From the human T2T-CHM13v2.0 reference genome, Homo sapiens, in assembly GCF_009914755.1 (NCBI RefSeq), contig NC_060934.1: a stretch of 64,000 bases of DNA; one strand, written 5' to 3'. Position 1 is the stretch's first letter. Each line of letters begins with the position of its first letter. Positions 15,301 through 28,936 of the stretch are shown piece by piece. The notes under the pieces are model-generated. The model made no database searches. It was not told the DNA's origin and worked only from the letters and a program-made list of their open reading frames with translations. A program made the position numbers and the translations under genes.

Positions 15301-16006
15301 GAAGGTGGTGTGGGAAAGGGGTCTTTACTTTCTCTCTCCTTTTCAATGAACTGTCCTGTTTCCCTTAGGACAGCCATTTCACCAAAAGCCACAAAACATG
15401 TGGGGAGGGAGGATTAAAAAGAAAAATGGGAAAAAGGTCAAAATTCAGCCTGTTTGCTAAAAGTCTGGGAACAGTTCTAGGAAGGTGATAGTTTCTCGAT
15501 CCTTTGCGTTAACCTGCTGAATCCTGGGCTGCTCCTGCCAGTGGGGAACCAATATGCCCAGTCCATCTACCTTCCGAATTAACCAACCTCCAGTAAACAA
15601 GGAAGGCCCAGAAGTTTGCTCTCCCAGGGACGTGGTGCAAACAGGTTTAATGGTCCCCCTTGATGCCCCAGGGAAGGATGTGTGCCCTTGGAGGCTTGTG
15701 AACAGAGAAGCAAGCTTCCGCTCACAGAGGACCCTGGCTTCCCACCCTCACCCCGTCTCCATCATGTCAGCACAAGGCCAATTTTACAAACTGAAATTAA
15801 CTGGATGAGCAAAAAGATAGCCTTGGTGCTTAAGAGGCTTGGGTACATTTAATTGAGTTTCCAAGTGCCCTGATTCCTTAAGAAAGCCAGAGAAGCCACT
15901 GTTATGTCCTAGATCCCTCACTACTCAAACAGGAGAGAATAGTTTTCACAATAAAAATTTTAGGGCAAATGGTGGCTTTCTGTTGTTGTCATTTCCCTGA
16001 AGTAGG

Positions 16007-16047
16007 TTTTTTGTTTGTTTGTTTGTTTGTTTGTTTGTTTGTTTTTT
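16007..16047. repeat. (TTTG)n microsatellite
   Basis: Seen directly. Confidence 0.9.
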
Positions 16048-16457
16048 TCTGGAAAAAGCCTCACTCTGGACCCAGAGTCTAAAAATGAGGCTTTTAGTGC
16101 ACCAAATTGGGCTGTTTGGGGCCCGTAGGCACGAGTCAGTCTGCCTCCTCCTAAACATAGCCTCGTAAACTAAACTTGGAAGCATCAGCTTGCGTGTGGT
16201 CCCGAGTGTGACTTTCCAAGCATGCACTCCCCTGCAACGACAAAGGCTGATGACTTTGTCATCATCATCTCTATTTTTGAGTCTCCCTGCTAAACAAACT
16301 TTCTCGCAGCTGAAATGGAGGCTCTAAGGATATTTTTCTGACAAAAACGGAGTGCTAAGCCATCAGCACCCTCTGAAGGCCTTGGGGGAAAACCTGGGTA
16401 AGAAAAGTCTCCCAGCCCAACTCAGTAGCCGCAAATACAGACATTTCATTTCCTGAA

Positions 16458-16476
16458 ATGCCTCCAGGGGGCGCCA
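16458..16476 (+). promoter_or_regulatory. Candidate CTCF binding site
   Basis: ATGCCTCCAGGGGGCGCCA matches the CTCF consensus TGGCCACCAGGGGGCGCTA at 15/19 positions, with the CC-CCAGGGGGCGC core intact and the CpG retained. Confidence 0.6.
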
Positions 16477-16489
16477 GCTTTCATGGGTT

Positions 16490-16732
16490 GGGAAGGAGGG
16501 AGGGAAGGACGGAGGAATGGAATGAGGCGAGGAAGGAAGGGAGGGAGGGAGGAAGAGAGGGAGGGAGGAGGGAGGAGTGGGGGAGGTGGGAGGGGGCAGT
16601 GGGGAGGAAGGAAGGAAGGGAGAGAGGGAAAGAAGGGAGGGAGAGAGGGAAGGGAAGGGAGGGAAAGGAAGGGAGGGAAGGGAAGGAAGGTAAGGGAGGC
16701 AAGGGAGGGAAGGGAGGGAGGCAGGGAGGGAA
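16490..16732 (+). repeat. G/A-rich polypurine low-complexity tract (G-quadruplex/H-DNA potential)
   Basis: About 240 bp of GGGA/GGAA units with many G3+ runs. Confidence 0.9.
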
Positions 16733-17789
16733 ACCAACTACTCACATATTTGCCCAGGCCCCTGGGATTCAGCTGCAGAACTGCACAGGATGTGCAATCA
16801 GGACTAGAATGTCTGAGCTCCCAGGCCTGTCCAAGGGACTGAGAGATGGGTCACAGGTTCTGACTTATCACTAAACCCTACTTCAGAAACCTTGCCACCC
16901 CAAATCATTCTAGAAAATGCAAGCATAACATTTCCACCTTCAACACTTTGGATGACTGCACTTTGCAGCTTTTGCTGAATGAACCAACATATGTCCAGCA
17001 CATTGAACAGTATCTGACCCCGAGCAGGTGCTCCAGAATGTTTGAAGGAATGGATGAAGGGATGGAGGAATAGCTCAGAGGAGCTGCCTCGCATGTGCAG
17101 TAGAATCTGGGTCTTTATGTTCTGGTGACCTCACACGCTTTCCCATCTCCTTTCAATGAATGTGTGGTCACTACCTGTCAAAATGTACATCAAACCCACC
17201 TCCCCAAATACTGGTGCAGATGTGCCCTCCGAAACCAGCCTGTCCCTGCCCTGTCAGCCTCGCCCCACCTCCAGGGAGAAGTGGATACGGAGACCACAGT
17301 AAGTGCACTTGACCCTTTTTCCTTAAGACTCATCTGTTGTCCTGCCAAGGCATTTCCTGTGACACATGCGCCCACAACGTACAGCTCCAGGGAGAGCCCA
17401 GCCCGTTCTCCAGTCCCCAGCCAGCTCAGGGAGGCTATATGAAGTGAGAATTTCCTGGCCAATTTGACAATGGTGAGTCAGGCTGGCATGAGCCAGCTGC
17501 AAAGAGGACGCAGCCTGGACAAGCCTGAATTAAGTGTGTGCACAGAGCAAACATCATCATCTGGATGGATCCAAACCAGGGCTTGCCTGGGGCATTCAGA
17601 GCCTTTCAGATGGCCCTGCCCAGAGCTGCTCAGCACTCTTGGAAGATGTCTGGGTTTGGGGAGGCTCAAGGGCTGTTCTACCCCTGCCCCAGAAAAGGAT
17701 TTGTTCTTCACCCCCTGACCCGTCTGTCTCCATACCAGCCCATTTCCTCCATGACATGGTGACCGGGCTCACACACACAATAACAAAAA

Positions 17790-17990
17790 TAATAATAACC
17801 ATGCTTATCAAGCACTAACCATGTCAGAGGCACTGTTCTAAATATTTTACATGCATTAACTCATTAAGAGGCAGGGACTATTATTGTCCCCATTTTGTAG
17901 ATGAGGAAACTGAGGTATGAGACAATGAAGCCACTCGCCCAGGGTAAAAGCCAAGCCCCTGAGACAGATGGAGCTGGGAGTCAGGAGTCT
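17790..17990. mobile_element. MIR (representative; others near 2160-2350, 6680-6830, 9300-9450, 50740-50940, 62960-63110)
   Basis: MIR core attattgtccccattttgtagatgaggaaactgagg. Confidence 0.75.
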
Positions 17991-19207
17991 GCAGAGGCTG
18001 GGCTTCCAACTGCCCAGCCGCACCACACACAGCAGCTCCTTCCCAAGATGGGTGTCCCAGGGAGAGAGGCAATGCAAGAGCTGAAGTGAGTTTTGAGGCT
18101 GCTATGGGCTCCACCCATCCTCCTTGTTTGTTCCAATCAAGTGAGAACGAGACACAAGGAGCAAGATGGAGATCAAAAAAGAGTAGGAGCTCTAGTTCAG
18201 ATCATGATGCACTGACAAAGGGGCAGGGTTTCTCACTCCCAGGCCCCAACAGAGACTGAAGCAAAGCGGACAGAGACAAGACAGGACCGGCAGAAGCAGG
18301 CCGGACTGGCTGCTGACTGCACAGAGGCTGCAAGTGCTCTGCTTGCTTACCAGGCCCCCACTGACCTGTGCTACGCTCAGTTCTGTATACTAGGGAACAC
18401 CAATCAATGTCGGTGGATCACACAGGTGGATGAATGGACATAGATGGATGGGCAGACAGACAATGGGATGGAAGGCCAAAGCAGGCACCCACATGCACCT
18501 GGAAACTTCAGAGGAGAGGGAAAACAGCCATGCCAGCACTTGCCATCAGAGCCCTGAGGGCCTGGGAGCCAGAGATGAGTGGCCAGGATCAAGTGGGCTG
18601 TCCCTGGACCAGGAGGCTCTTCCTCACTCTGGAGCCAACTGAGGGTTGATTTCTGAAACTCTCCTTCATTTTCACAGCAGCCCTGAGAGGGCAGAGGAGC
18701 CAACACACCAGCTAGTAAAATTAACAGCTGCTCTTTACAGGGCGTGCCGGAGAGCCCAGCACATGGCTCGAGGCCTGCAGACCAGCAGCTGCTGCGAGCT
18801 GAGGTGCCTGGCCTGCAGGCCCTGATCAGGGGTCCTCTTGGGGGTAAGGCTTAGACTCTGAGCTGCCAGCAGGGCCTGGGGTGTGGGGGCTGCCGAAGCA
18901 GTGGGCAGGTGGATGGAGAAACTCAAGGAATGATGCTGCTACAAAATTCTCAGACATATTCTCCTGACCTTGCGAAGTGGAAATCCATATGTTCACCCCA
19001 GCTGGGAATCTGCTATGGAACTTGGGGACCCACCTGGCTCTGGCCTCTCCATCTCTAATGCAGTACTTAGTTGAGCTTGGGGAAGTGAATGTAGACACGT
19101 CCCCATGAGAAGGGGACAGATGTTATATCTTATCTATTACCTATGCCATAGGTAACTTATGGAGCAAGTCCCGTAGGCCACTTGAAGAGGAATATTGACA
19201 GGCATAC

Positions 19208-19845
<638 letters not shown>

Positions 19846-21740
19846 GGCTAATTAAATGTTTCCCAAAGTGAGTGCTATGTGATGCCCACAGGTATTACAT
19901 GGGGAAAGGATTCCACAGGGAAATGAAAATGGAAAATGCTGGGCAAAACAGAGCCTTTCCGCTTTCTGACTGCAGGACTTCTGTAAGTATTTATATGCTG
20001 ATATGCATTGGCAATCTCGAGGAGGGGGATGAGAAATGAAGTCTATCCAAGTTCCCAGGGAACCATTTTTATCCGGGAACAATTCGTGGGTCTAGTGTTC
20101 TATGGAACCTAATTAAAGCCATGAGGATAAAGTCTAACCAACTGTCAGCAACAGCACTATGAAATGCGATCCTGCTGCTCTTTGAATATTTCTAGTAACA
20201 GGCAGCTCACTACCTGTCGGGGGAGACTGCTCAATTCAATTATTTCTCTGACTCATGTTTTCTCATCTGGGTAAATGATGTTGAGTCAAAAATAACAAAT
20301 CTAGTGCAAATCTAGTGTATCTTTCATTAGATAAAGACAAAATTTCATGTTTAATAGTAAAAAAAGAATGTATCTTCTTTGACTTTTTGACTGATACCCA
20401 TAATGTGATTTCAGTATCTATGCATGGGATGAAATACAGAACCACTATTAAGTCCTGGAAGGAAATTATCATATGGTTCCTTTAAACAGAAGCCTCCCTT
20501 AGGAGTGTTAAAACAATGCCAATAAAACTCCAACTGATTCCCAATAGCAGAGAGCAGGACATACCTATTCACTATGGGACATTCTTACTAAAAGTACAGT
20601 CCTGTGAAACCTCTAGTCTTTCTGCTACACAAGGCATTGGCCAATGATGTAAGAATTTTACATAGATTTGCCTAAAATATAATAAAAGCTGGGGCATAGA
20701 TGAGGGGGGTGAGAGACAGAGACAGAGACAGAGAGAGAGAGAAGTGTGTGTGAATTTGCCACCAGGCACCACTGAGAAAGAAAAGTAGAGGATACTGATG
20801 GGAAATGTCACAACCTCCATAGGGCACCTAACAGAAGTGAATGCAATGAATGTGATATATTTGATTATGTGTGTGCCCATGTGTACTCCCACTGGGTTCA
20901 ACCAGTCTAATTTCATGCGCAAACAGCACATCAGTGAATGTACATCTATTTAACTCTGTTAAACCAATAGGATTATTCCTATTTGAAAGGCATATTTGAC
21001 ACATATTTTCTTTTGGGCCCTTGGAGATAAAGATGAAATGGTCCAGGCTATGTATATAACGTTAATGTAAAATGCCACACATGCAACATATTTAGGGGGA
21101 TAAAGAGAGAGGCTGATATTTTTCTTTCTTCTTACATCGATAAATCATCCCTATACATTCAAGCAAGTAGCATATGCTTTCAGTTCATAGAATTAGCTGT
21201 GTAAGCTTCCTGGAGCAATACACAGATGTAACAGCATAGGAATATGGGGAAAGTAACTACAAAGAGTGATTCTAAGGGCTCTCTCTAGCTTTGCTCAGGA
21301 GCTGGTAGCTATTTTGGCAAGACCAGTCTTTGAAGAGACACACAAAACATTGAATCTGTCAGGGGGTTGAGGTAAAGTCTAGGCAGTGTAGATGTCGCTC
21401 CCAAGTTGAGGTGAGGCTGTCCTTCACCACAGGACATAGTTTCCCTAGGGAGACAGTTGCTGTGAGATCAACATGGAAATGAATATGAACATGCAGAAAC
21501 TAAGTGACAATGTGGATAGTGAGAGTATGTGTGTGTGCCTGTATTTATCTTTGTGTGTGTATCACTGAGTCTGTAACGCTCCTTTACAAAGAGTGTGACA
21601 CTCTTGCTACTCGACCTTAGAGAATCTCTTCGCCTCCAGCCCCAGACTTTCAATTTCTTTATATATAAAACAAGGGGATAAATTAGACTGAGTCAGCAAA
21701 CTATGGTGTGTGAAACAAATCTGGCCCACCACCTGTTTCT

Positions 21741-21990
21741 TTTTTTAAAACGTTGTATTGACATATACTAGTGTACATATTTTGGGGGATGCATGTGATA
21801 TTTTGGTACATGTATAATGATTAGATCAGGGTAACAGAAAACCATCACCTCAAACATTTATCTTTGTGTTGGGAACATTCTAATTCTTTTCTAGCTATTT
21901 TGAGATGTACAATAAATTACTGTTAACTATAATCTCCCTATTGTACTATCACATGCTGGAACTTATTCCTTCCAGTCAACTGTTTTCTCT
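21741..21990 (-). mobile_element. L1MA-type 3' end fragment (insertion 1)
   Basis: ttgtattgacatata...gatcagggtaa...ccatcacctcaaacattta...ctagctattttgagatgtacaataaattactgttaactata. Confidence 0.75.
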
Positions 21991-22019
21991 ACCCCCTATT
22001 TCTATAAATACAGTTTATT

Positions 22020-23032
22020 TGTATAAATGTAAGGAGTATGAGTGCAGTTTTGTCACATGGATATTTTGCACAGTGGTGAAGTCTGGGCTTTTAGTGTAAC
22101 CGTCATCCAAATAGCGTGCATTGCAACCATTAAGTAATTTCTCATCACTCATCGCCACCTCCCACCCTTCCACCATTCTGAGTCTCCATTGACTACTATT
22201 CCACTCTCTGTCCATGTGTACACACTATTTAGCTCCCACTTATTCATGAGAACATGTGGTATTTGACTTCGTTTCTGAGTTGTTCCACTTAAGATAATGG
22301 TGTCTAGTTCCATCCATGTTGCTGCAAAAGACATGATTTCATTCTTTTTTATGGCTGAATAGTATCTTATTGTGTGTGTTTGTATATATATAAATGTAAT
22401 ATATATACATATATAATGTGATATATATGCATGTGTGTGTATATATGTGTGTATGTGTGTGTGTGTGTGTGTGTATTTTTTTTTTCTTTATTTAATCATC
22501 CACTGATGGACCCTTGGGTTGATTCCATAGCTTTGCTATTGTGAGTAGTGTTGTGATAAACATAGGAGTTCAGGTATCTTTCTTATATAATGATTTCTTT
22601 TCCTATGGGTAGCCACCAATTAGTAGAAATGCTGGATCAAATGGAAGTTCTGTTTTCACTTCTTTGAGAAATTTCTGTGCTGTTTTTCATAGAGGTTGTA
22701 CTAATTTACATCTCCATATAAGTGATCCTTTTCTCCACATCCTCACCAACATCTGTTATTTTTTGTCTTTTTAATAATAGCCATTCTGGCTGCTGTGAGA
22801 TGATATCTAATTGTGGTTTTAATTTGCATGTCTCTGAAGACTAGAGATGTTGAGTATTTTTTCATATGCTTGTTGGCCATTCGTATGTCTTCTTTTGAAA
22901 AATGACTATTCATATCTTTTGCCCACTTTTAAATGTTATTTGGTGATTTTTGTTGTTGAGTTTTTTAAGTTCCTCATGAATTCTGGACATCAGGCCATTG
23001 TTGAATGCATTGTTTGCAAATATTTTCTCCCA
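22020..23032 (-). mobile_element. L1PB/L1MA-type 3' fragment (insertion 2) with internal TA/TG microsatellite
   Basis: ORF-track peptide MSFAATWMELDTIILS (L1 ORF2 C-terminus) at 22334-22149; L1 3' UTR motifs; microsatellite at about 22370-22475. Confidence 0.85.
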
Positions 23033-25548
23033 TTCTATAAAGAAAGTTTACTGGAACAAAGTCACACCAAGGCTGTTTGTGGCTGCTTTCAAACTACTGT
23101 GGCAGAGTTGAGTCGTGGAGCCCACATGGTCTGCAAGCCTAGAATATTTACTATCTGGCCTTTTATGGAAAAACTTACCAACCCTGAATTTGACTACCAC
23201 TGTTGACTTTGGCTTATGATTCTATACAGCACAACCAAACTATACTAAAACCTACACCATACGTTTCTTGCCCTCTTTATTTAGAAACCACCTTATTCTT
23301 AGGGGGATTTAATTTACCTGACAAAAATGTATGGAACACATAACTGCATACATGTAAATTCCAAATAGGAGTAAGAAAAGTAGGGCAAAGGGAAAATGAG
23401 AGGAGAGATGATGAAGACAAGCCAGAGCAGGGGTGCAAAGACACAGAGCGCAAACCTGAGCCACTCTGTATTTTCCATAAGCCACCGACTTGGCTCTGAG
23501 CAGCCACCACTGAGAGACATGATCCCTTTCTCGATTTAGCATGCTCACTGGATGTTCACCAGGAAAACCACAACAATCTCTGGTGCAAAACACTACTTAT
23601 CCCATGAGTCTGTGCATAAAGCAGGTAACATGAGATGCAGTGAACAAAGTCCTCAATGACACCCAAACAGTTAAGAGAAATCCTGACGACATTGACTGCT
23701 ATATCCAAATTTCCCTCCGCATGAGCCGACTCCAAATCCCACAGTGGAATTTATCAGCACGTCTTCCAGCACATTTCAATTTTTTTAAAAAAAGGAAACA
23801 TATATTACTTTTATAATCAGAAAATAAACATTTGTTTAGTTAAGAAAAAAATAAAAGGAAGCAGTACTCTTGACAGCCTGGTGTTCACTTTAATGTAGAA
23901 TCCCTCAGCCACGTGCTCCAAGAGAAGGCTCTGTCCAGTCCTGCTGTTTTTGGCCAGTTGAGCCTGAGTGCCAGGGTGAGAGAGGAGGCAAAGACAGGCT
24001 ATTCTGAGATCTGGAGCCGGGGGGTCAAGGAATTTTTATCATGTGGATAATCAGGCTCCAGGCGTTGACTATAAAAAGCACTGGTGAATGGCAATTATCA
24101 TTTGTCATTTCTTAAATTGAGCTCTGCATCCTTATATCTAGTTTATCAATATAAATAATTCACACCTGGATCTCTGTTGCTCACTGCTTTATGCCCAGTG
24201 CCTTGAACAGTGCCAGGTACAGATGAGCAGTAAACACTTAGTGAATAACGGATGTGCTCGTCTGGGAGATCCTACAGATATTCTGAGGTTGTATTGGCAA
24301 ATTCTTCCCCAGCTGGACCTTACTCATGATGTCCCAGCTTCGAGATTCACACCTGTGACAATTAGACAGGTGAGATAGAGGCCCAGATGAGGAGGCCAAG
24401 CTCCTGAGCGTGCATCAAGGAAAACAAATTAAAAATTGAAACGGGAAACTGAATAGCCAGCTGTCTGGTCTTGCTTTGGTCCCATTGTTGCAGGGATAAA
24501 CATTTGGACGGCTCAAGACAAACACAGCTTTGGGTTCTGAACAGGCAGTGCTGCTTTCTCTTGCCCGCCATTACTTAATTGTGAAATCTCTTCTTTGTTC
24601 AGTGCAGGGACCTGCCTGCTCCTAAAGGGCAGGCCTATTCTCAGGATACCGCCTGGAGCTCTGAGATGCCTGCTTTCTGTGCAGCAGGTCCCACTTGCTC
24701 TGCATGGCCCCAACAGCCTGGGCAGGATTTTCTCCAAGGAGACCTTCAGAGAGCAGCTGGCACCTTGGGCAGGCTCAGGCAAAGAGGCCTGAGTGGACCA
24801 TGCTTCTACATGCAAATGTTTAACAAGCAGGCCAAGCATCCTCAGGACCAAATTGGCTAAAAGATGGTAATGTCAAAATGTCACAGCCAAAGTGACAGCT
24901 GGCAGTGGCTTAGAAAAGAAAAGGCATTATCTTCGACTGGGAAGTAATGACACAAAAGGAGCACCAGACTGGGAGACAGGGAGCTGGCAGGTACTAGCCT
25001 GGCTCTGTCACTCAAAGCTGAATGTTTTTAGACAAATAATTGCCCTTGCTATATCTTGATTTTCTCAACTGTAAAACAGAGATGAATTCACTGATAAGAT
25101 TGGCCTGTTTTCTTGTAATGAACCCCTACAACACAACAGCAATAAGGAGATATGGAAGAAATACGACATTGTCCTTCCCCTTCAAACTGATCATAACATA
25201 TAAGGTTAGCACAGTGCCTGGATCACAAGAGGCGTTCAACAGTGTGATTGCCAGGAGAGTCTCAAGGTGGCCGCTGGGTGTGCTGGGCCCAATGAGTTCC
25301 ATTTCCATGATATCACCCACATGGGCTACCTGCATCTTCTGCTTGGTGTCAGTGCAGACCGTGCCCCACCAGGACCACATCAGGAATCTGCTCCCATGCC
25401 ATCACTAAAGCAGTAGCTTACTGCCCTAACTTGTCCTATAGCCTCCAAGCTCTAGCCTCACCCATTCAGTCTCCACTTGTCCCCCAGCTCTCTCTGTACA
25501 ACACCCCCTGCCTCAAAATCTCCTTGTTCTACAAACTTCAAAAATTCA

Positions 25549-25848
25549 TTTTTTTTTTTTGAGACGGAGTCTTGCTCTGTCACCCAGGCTGGAATGCAGT
25601 GGGGCGATCTCAGCAGAGCCGCTCACTGCAAGTTCCGCCTCCTGGGTCCGTGCCATTATCCTGCCTCAGCCTCTCGAGTAGCTGGGACTACAGGCACCCG
25701 CCACCACACTGGCTAATTTTTTGTATTTTTAGTAGAGATGGGGTTTCACTATGTTAGCCAGGATGGTCTCGATCTCCGGACCTCGTGATCCACCCACCTG
25801 AGCCTCCCAAAGTGCTGGGATTACAGGCGTAAGCCACCACGCCTGGCC
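25549..25848 (-). mobile_element. AluY-like
   Basis: AluY diagnostics (tgcaagttccgcc, gccattatcc, gttagccaggatggtctcgatctcc, cctcgtgatcc); small ~8-bp insertion near 25612. Confidence 0.9.
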
Positions 25849-27391
25849 CCAAAATTCTTTAGCATGGCCTTTAAAGCCCCACCAGGCTGTCTCCAGGACA
25901 CTTCCCCAGACTTTGGGGTCTGCACCCCCCATTTCCCAGAGGGCCAGGCTCCTTCTCTGTTTTTCCTGCTCCTCACTTTGAAGGCTTTCTTCTCCTTTAA
26001 CTCTCAAGATCCTAACTCACACTTAAAAGCTCACTGCAAATGCATTCTGTCTTATTAAGTATTCTTCACAAATTCCAGCCCACCTAGTGGTCATTTTCTT
26101 GTGTTTAAGCCTGGATATGTTTTTATTTTTTATATCTTCCCGCCATAAAGCAGCTCATCTTGAAATGGGAGTTTTAGTTCAAAGACTTTCCTCCCTATGA
26201 AAGCTTTTCTGATCAGCCCTACTTTCCCCTACAGCCCCTCCCCACACTCCACAAGTGCACACCGTGTTTGTACTCATAGCACTTATCCTCCATGCATTCC
26301 TTCAATAACTTCCGCATATGGTGCAATAGAATCAGGATCCTTCCTTGTTTTCTCCAGAGCTGAAACAAATACACTTGGCCCAGAATTAGTGTTCAGTAAC
26401 TCTTGCAATGCTGATGAAGAAAATTAGAACTGTCTATAATGGCCACATGGAAGGAACAAGTGTCACATTTGTGCAGCTAAACTGTCTGCTGCTCCCCATT
26501 CACTATCACCACCATACATATAGAATACACTACCTCCATTTTGTCCCCATGAATACCCAGACTCAGAATTCAACCTCTCTTAAGTTTCCAATGCAGAATC
26601 CACTCCTCTTCAAGCATGAAAGAGCAATGGAGACTTCAGTCAAGAGGCAGGAGGAGAGATAGAGGTGCTGTTACACAGCTCAGCCAACAGCAAGTCACCT
26701 CCAAGTCCCCACTAGACACTGTCCCTCCTGGGTCACACCAGACTGAATTGTCTCCCTCTCTGCCTTCCTCCAAGCAGCCACTGACCTCACCAGTTTCTCT
26801 CTCCTCCTCCAAAACTCCAACTTTAAATGTCCCCTCTTTCCATTTTGCCATCAATTGACATCAGCCATGGTTTCATAACCAGACCCTTCAGCACACAGCT
26901 CATGGCAGATCCCTCGGTGAACAGAACCTGTCTTTCTTGAAGGCTGTGTGGCCAGCACCTTTGATTACTCAAGCACCACGTTCATTCTCTCACTCCTTCC
27001 CACAAAAGTGTGTGTGATATTGATCCCAGACATAACATTGAGTTCTCCCCAAGAAGGATTCTGAGAAGTGAAATTCTCACCACCTCCCTCCATCTACAGT
27101 CACCTCTTCACTGAGTTTTTGCTGTGAGACTCAGAGATAATGACTGTTTTCCAGTGTCCCTGCCTGGTCTTTGAGCCTCGCAGGCCTCAGGATGTCCCTA
27201 CTCCTTCCATCTATGAGCCAAATGACTCTTGACTGAGCCCTAGCTTCATGCCAGGACAGGTGGCCCAAACAAAACAGCTTCCAGAATCACAATGAGAAAT
27301 CACTCCGAATGCAATATCCTTCTCAGGGAAACTCCTGACCCAGAGCAGACCCAAGAAAGCAAGCTAGGGCTTTCCTAGAGCATGGGCCTGG

Positions 27392-27504
27392 CTATGGCGA
27401 CCAATTCATCCCTGTTTGCCCAGGACTTTCCCAGTTTTTGCACTGAAAGACTCATGTCTCATGTACCCCTCAGTCTCAGGCAAACTGGGATGGTTGATCA
27501 CTAT
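27392..27504. mobile_element. MER81-like hAT-Blackjack MITE
   Basis: Imperfect terminal inverted repeats tatggcgaccaattcatccctgtttgcc / ggcaaactgggatggttgatcactata. Confidence 0.65.
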
Positions 27505-28255
27505 AAGCCTGTCCCAGTAATGATCCTTGACAAAAACCAAGGGCTCATGAGGCCAGCCAGTGAAGCCAAGCTTCATATAAGCAGATCAGAGAGATGTTGG
27601 AAACATACAGAGAAGGGGCAGAATCAGCCCTGGTTGCAGGTGGCCTTAGGAGACAATCTCATCAGAAAAGGGCACACAAGCGAGCTCTAGGTACACGGGC
27701 CAGGCAGCCTCAGGTGGGCTACTGATGCATCCACCATCAGCATGACTGATTTCTACCGTGCACAGGGCCCAGCTCACACACTGCAGAAAATTAGGAAACT
27801 GCTGCAAGAGGGGGTCCCTATGGGCTACCACAGGACAAGAAGAACATCCCCCGAAGACCACCAAACACACACTCACTCAGCACTCCCCAGGATCCCCGCA
27901 TTTGTAGCCCTTCCATGAGTTTCTGGTATATTTCCTTAACCCTCTTCTCCTCTCCAAGATGATGGAGGGTGTGTGTGTGTGCGCGCATGTGTGCTTTAGC
28001 AGAGGAAATGTGCTACATCTTCCCAACAACCCTTCTCCACTGCAAATCCCACTCCTTGAAAATCCCTCCACAAACCACTGTACACAAGGAACCGAGCCTC
28101 TCCTCCATGACCACGCGGGAGCACTTGCTGCTCACCCCCACCTCCCAATAGCCAGCCTCCTGCAGAAGACCCTGGGGAATATCACGTCTCATAAGCAAAG
28201 CCACCTTGGCCCAGACAGCAAGGCCTCCTGGTGTGAGAAGTGGGTGGAGACTCAC

Positions 28256-28417
28256 CAGGACTCTGCCAGTCAGTGTCTGGGCGGATATCATCACCCCCGC
28301 CCAGTCCTTCACGGAGGTCATCCAGCCGACCTCGGCGGCCACTGCCTCCTCTTTTTCATCCACTGGTTTGAGAGTGCCATCCGCCTGGCTTGAGCCATTG
28401 TTAATCTTCTGGGCCTC
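28256..28417 (-). CDS. KCNMA1: KCNMA1 (BK/Slo1 alpha subunit) coding exon 2, 162 bp, phase 0-0; S0-S1 cytoplasmic loop and start of S1
   Basis: Minus strand translates to [54 protein letters not shown] (54 aa), recognised as Slo1. Acceptor: pyrimidine tract tcttgctctctctgttgcCAG (CAG at 28420-28418). Donor: GTGAGT (28255-28250). Confidence 0.98.
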
Positions 28418-28656
28418 CTGGCAACAGAGAGAGCAAGAGTTAAGACATAGGGAACAATGGATTTAAATAACATGCTCTACCCATAAAGAACCAGAGCCAG
28501 AAGGGGTCCCCAGCTGAGATGGAAACTAGCTTAAAGGTATAGGAGTAAAGCAGAAGGGGTAAATTATGCCTTTGATTTTTTTAAAGCCTTTATTTAAAAA
28601 AGAATATTTTCTTTATTTCCTCTTAAAATATCTTAGTGAAACAAAGAAGGATGGTA

Positions 28657-28936
28657 TTATTCTATTCTATTTTATTTTATTTTATTTTTTGAGATGAAGT
28701 CTCACTCTGTCACCCAGGCTGGAGTGCAGTGGCGCAATCTCGGCTCTCTGCAACCTCCACCCACCAGGTGCAAGCAATTCTCATGCCTCAGCCTCCCTAG
28801 TAGCTAGAATTACAGGCGCGCGGCCACCATGCTCGGCTAATTTTTGTATTTTTAGTAGAGAGGGTTTCACCATGTTGGCCAGGCTGGTCTCAAACTCCTG
28901 ACCTCAAGTGATCCGCCCACCTCAGCCTCCCAAAGT
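28657..28936 (-). mobile_element. AluS, 5'-truncated, about 240 bp upstream of the exon-2 acceptor
   Basis: Reverse Alu ending at cctcccaaagt; AT-rich tail. Confidence 0.92.

Larger units (their letters stand above)
21689..23186 (+). mobile_element. MER58A (hAT-Charlie) interrupted by two L1 fragments
   Basis: gagtcagcaaactatgg...ctggcccaccacctgtttct | ... | aaagtttactggaacaaagtcacacc...gcctagaatatttactatctggcc...accctg; 8-bp TSD AATTAGAC/AATTTGAC. Confidence 0.75.

Noticed and set aside
28013-28363. 116-aa ORF starting [12 protein letters not shown]
   Set aside because: It is part of KCNMA1 exon 2 read from an internal GTG and running through the splice donor into the intron, not a separate gene.
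28415-28420. Tandem CAG-GAG (NAGNAG) acceptor at exon 2
   Set aside because: GAG is a rarely used acceptor; there is no sequence evidence for the one-Glu-shorter isoform.
25549-28936. Alus flanking exon 2 as drivers of circRNA
   Set aside because: The nearest flanking Alus share the same orientation; the closest opposite one is a diverged AluJ about 8.5 kb away.
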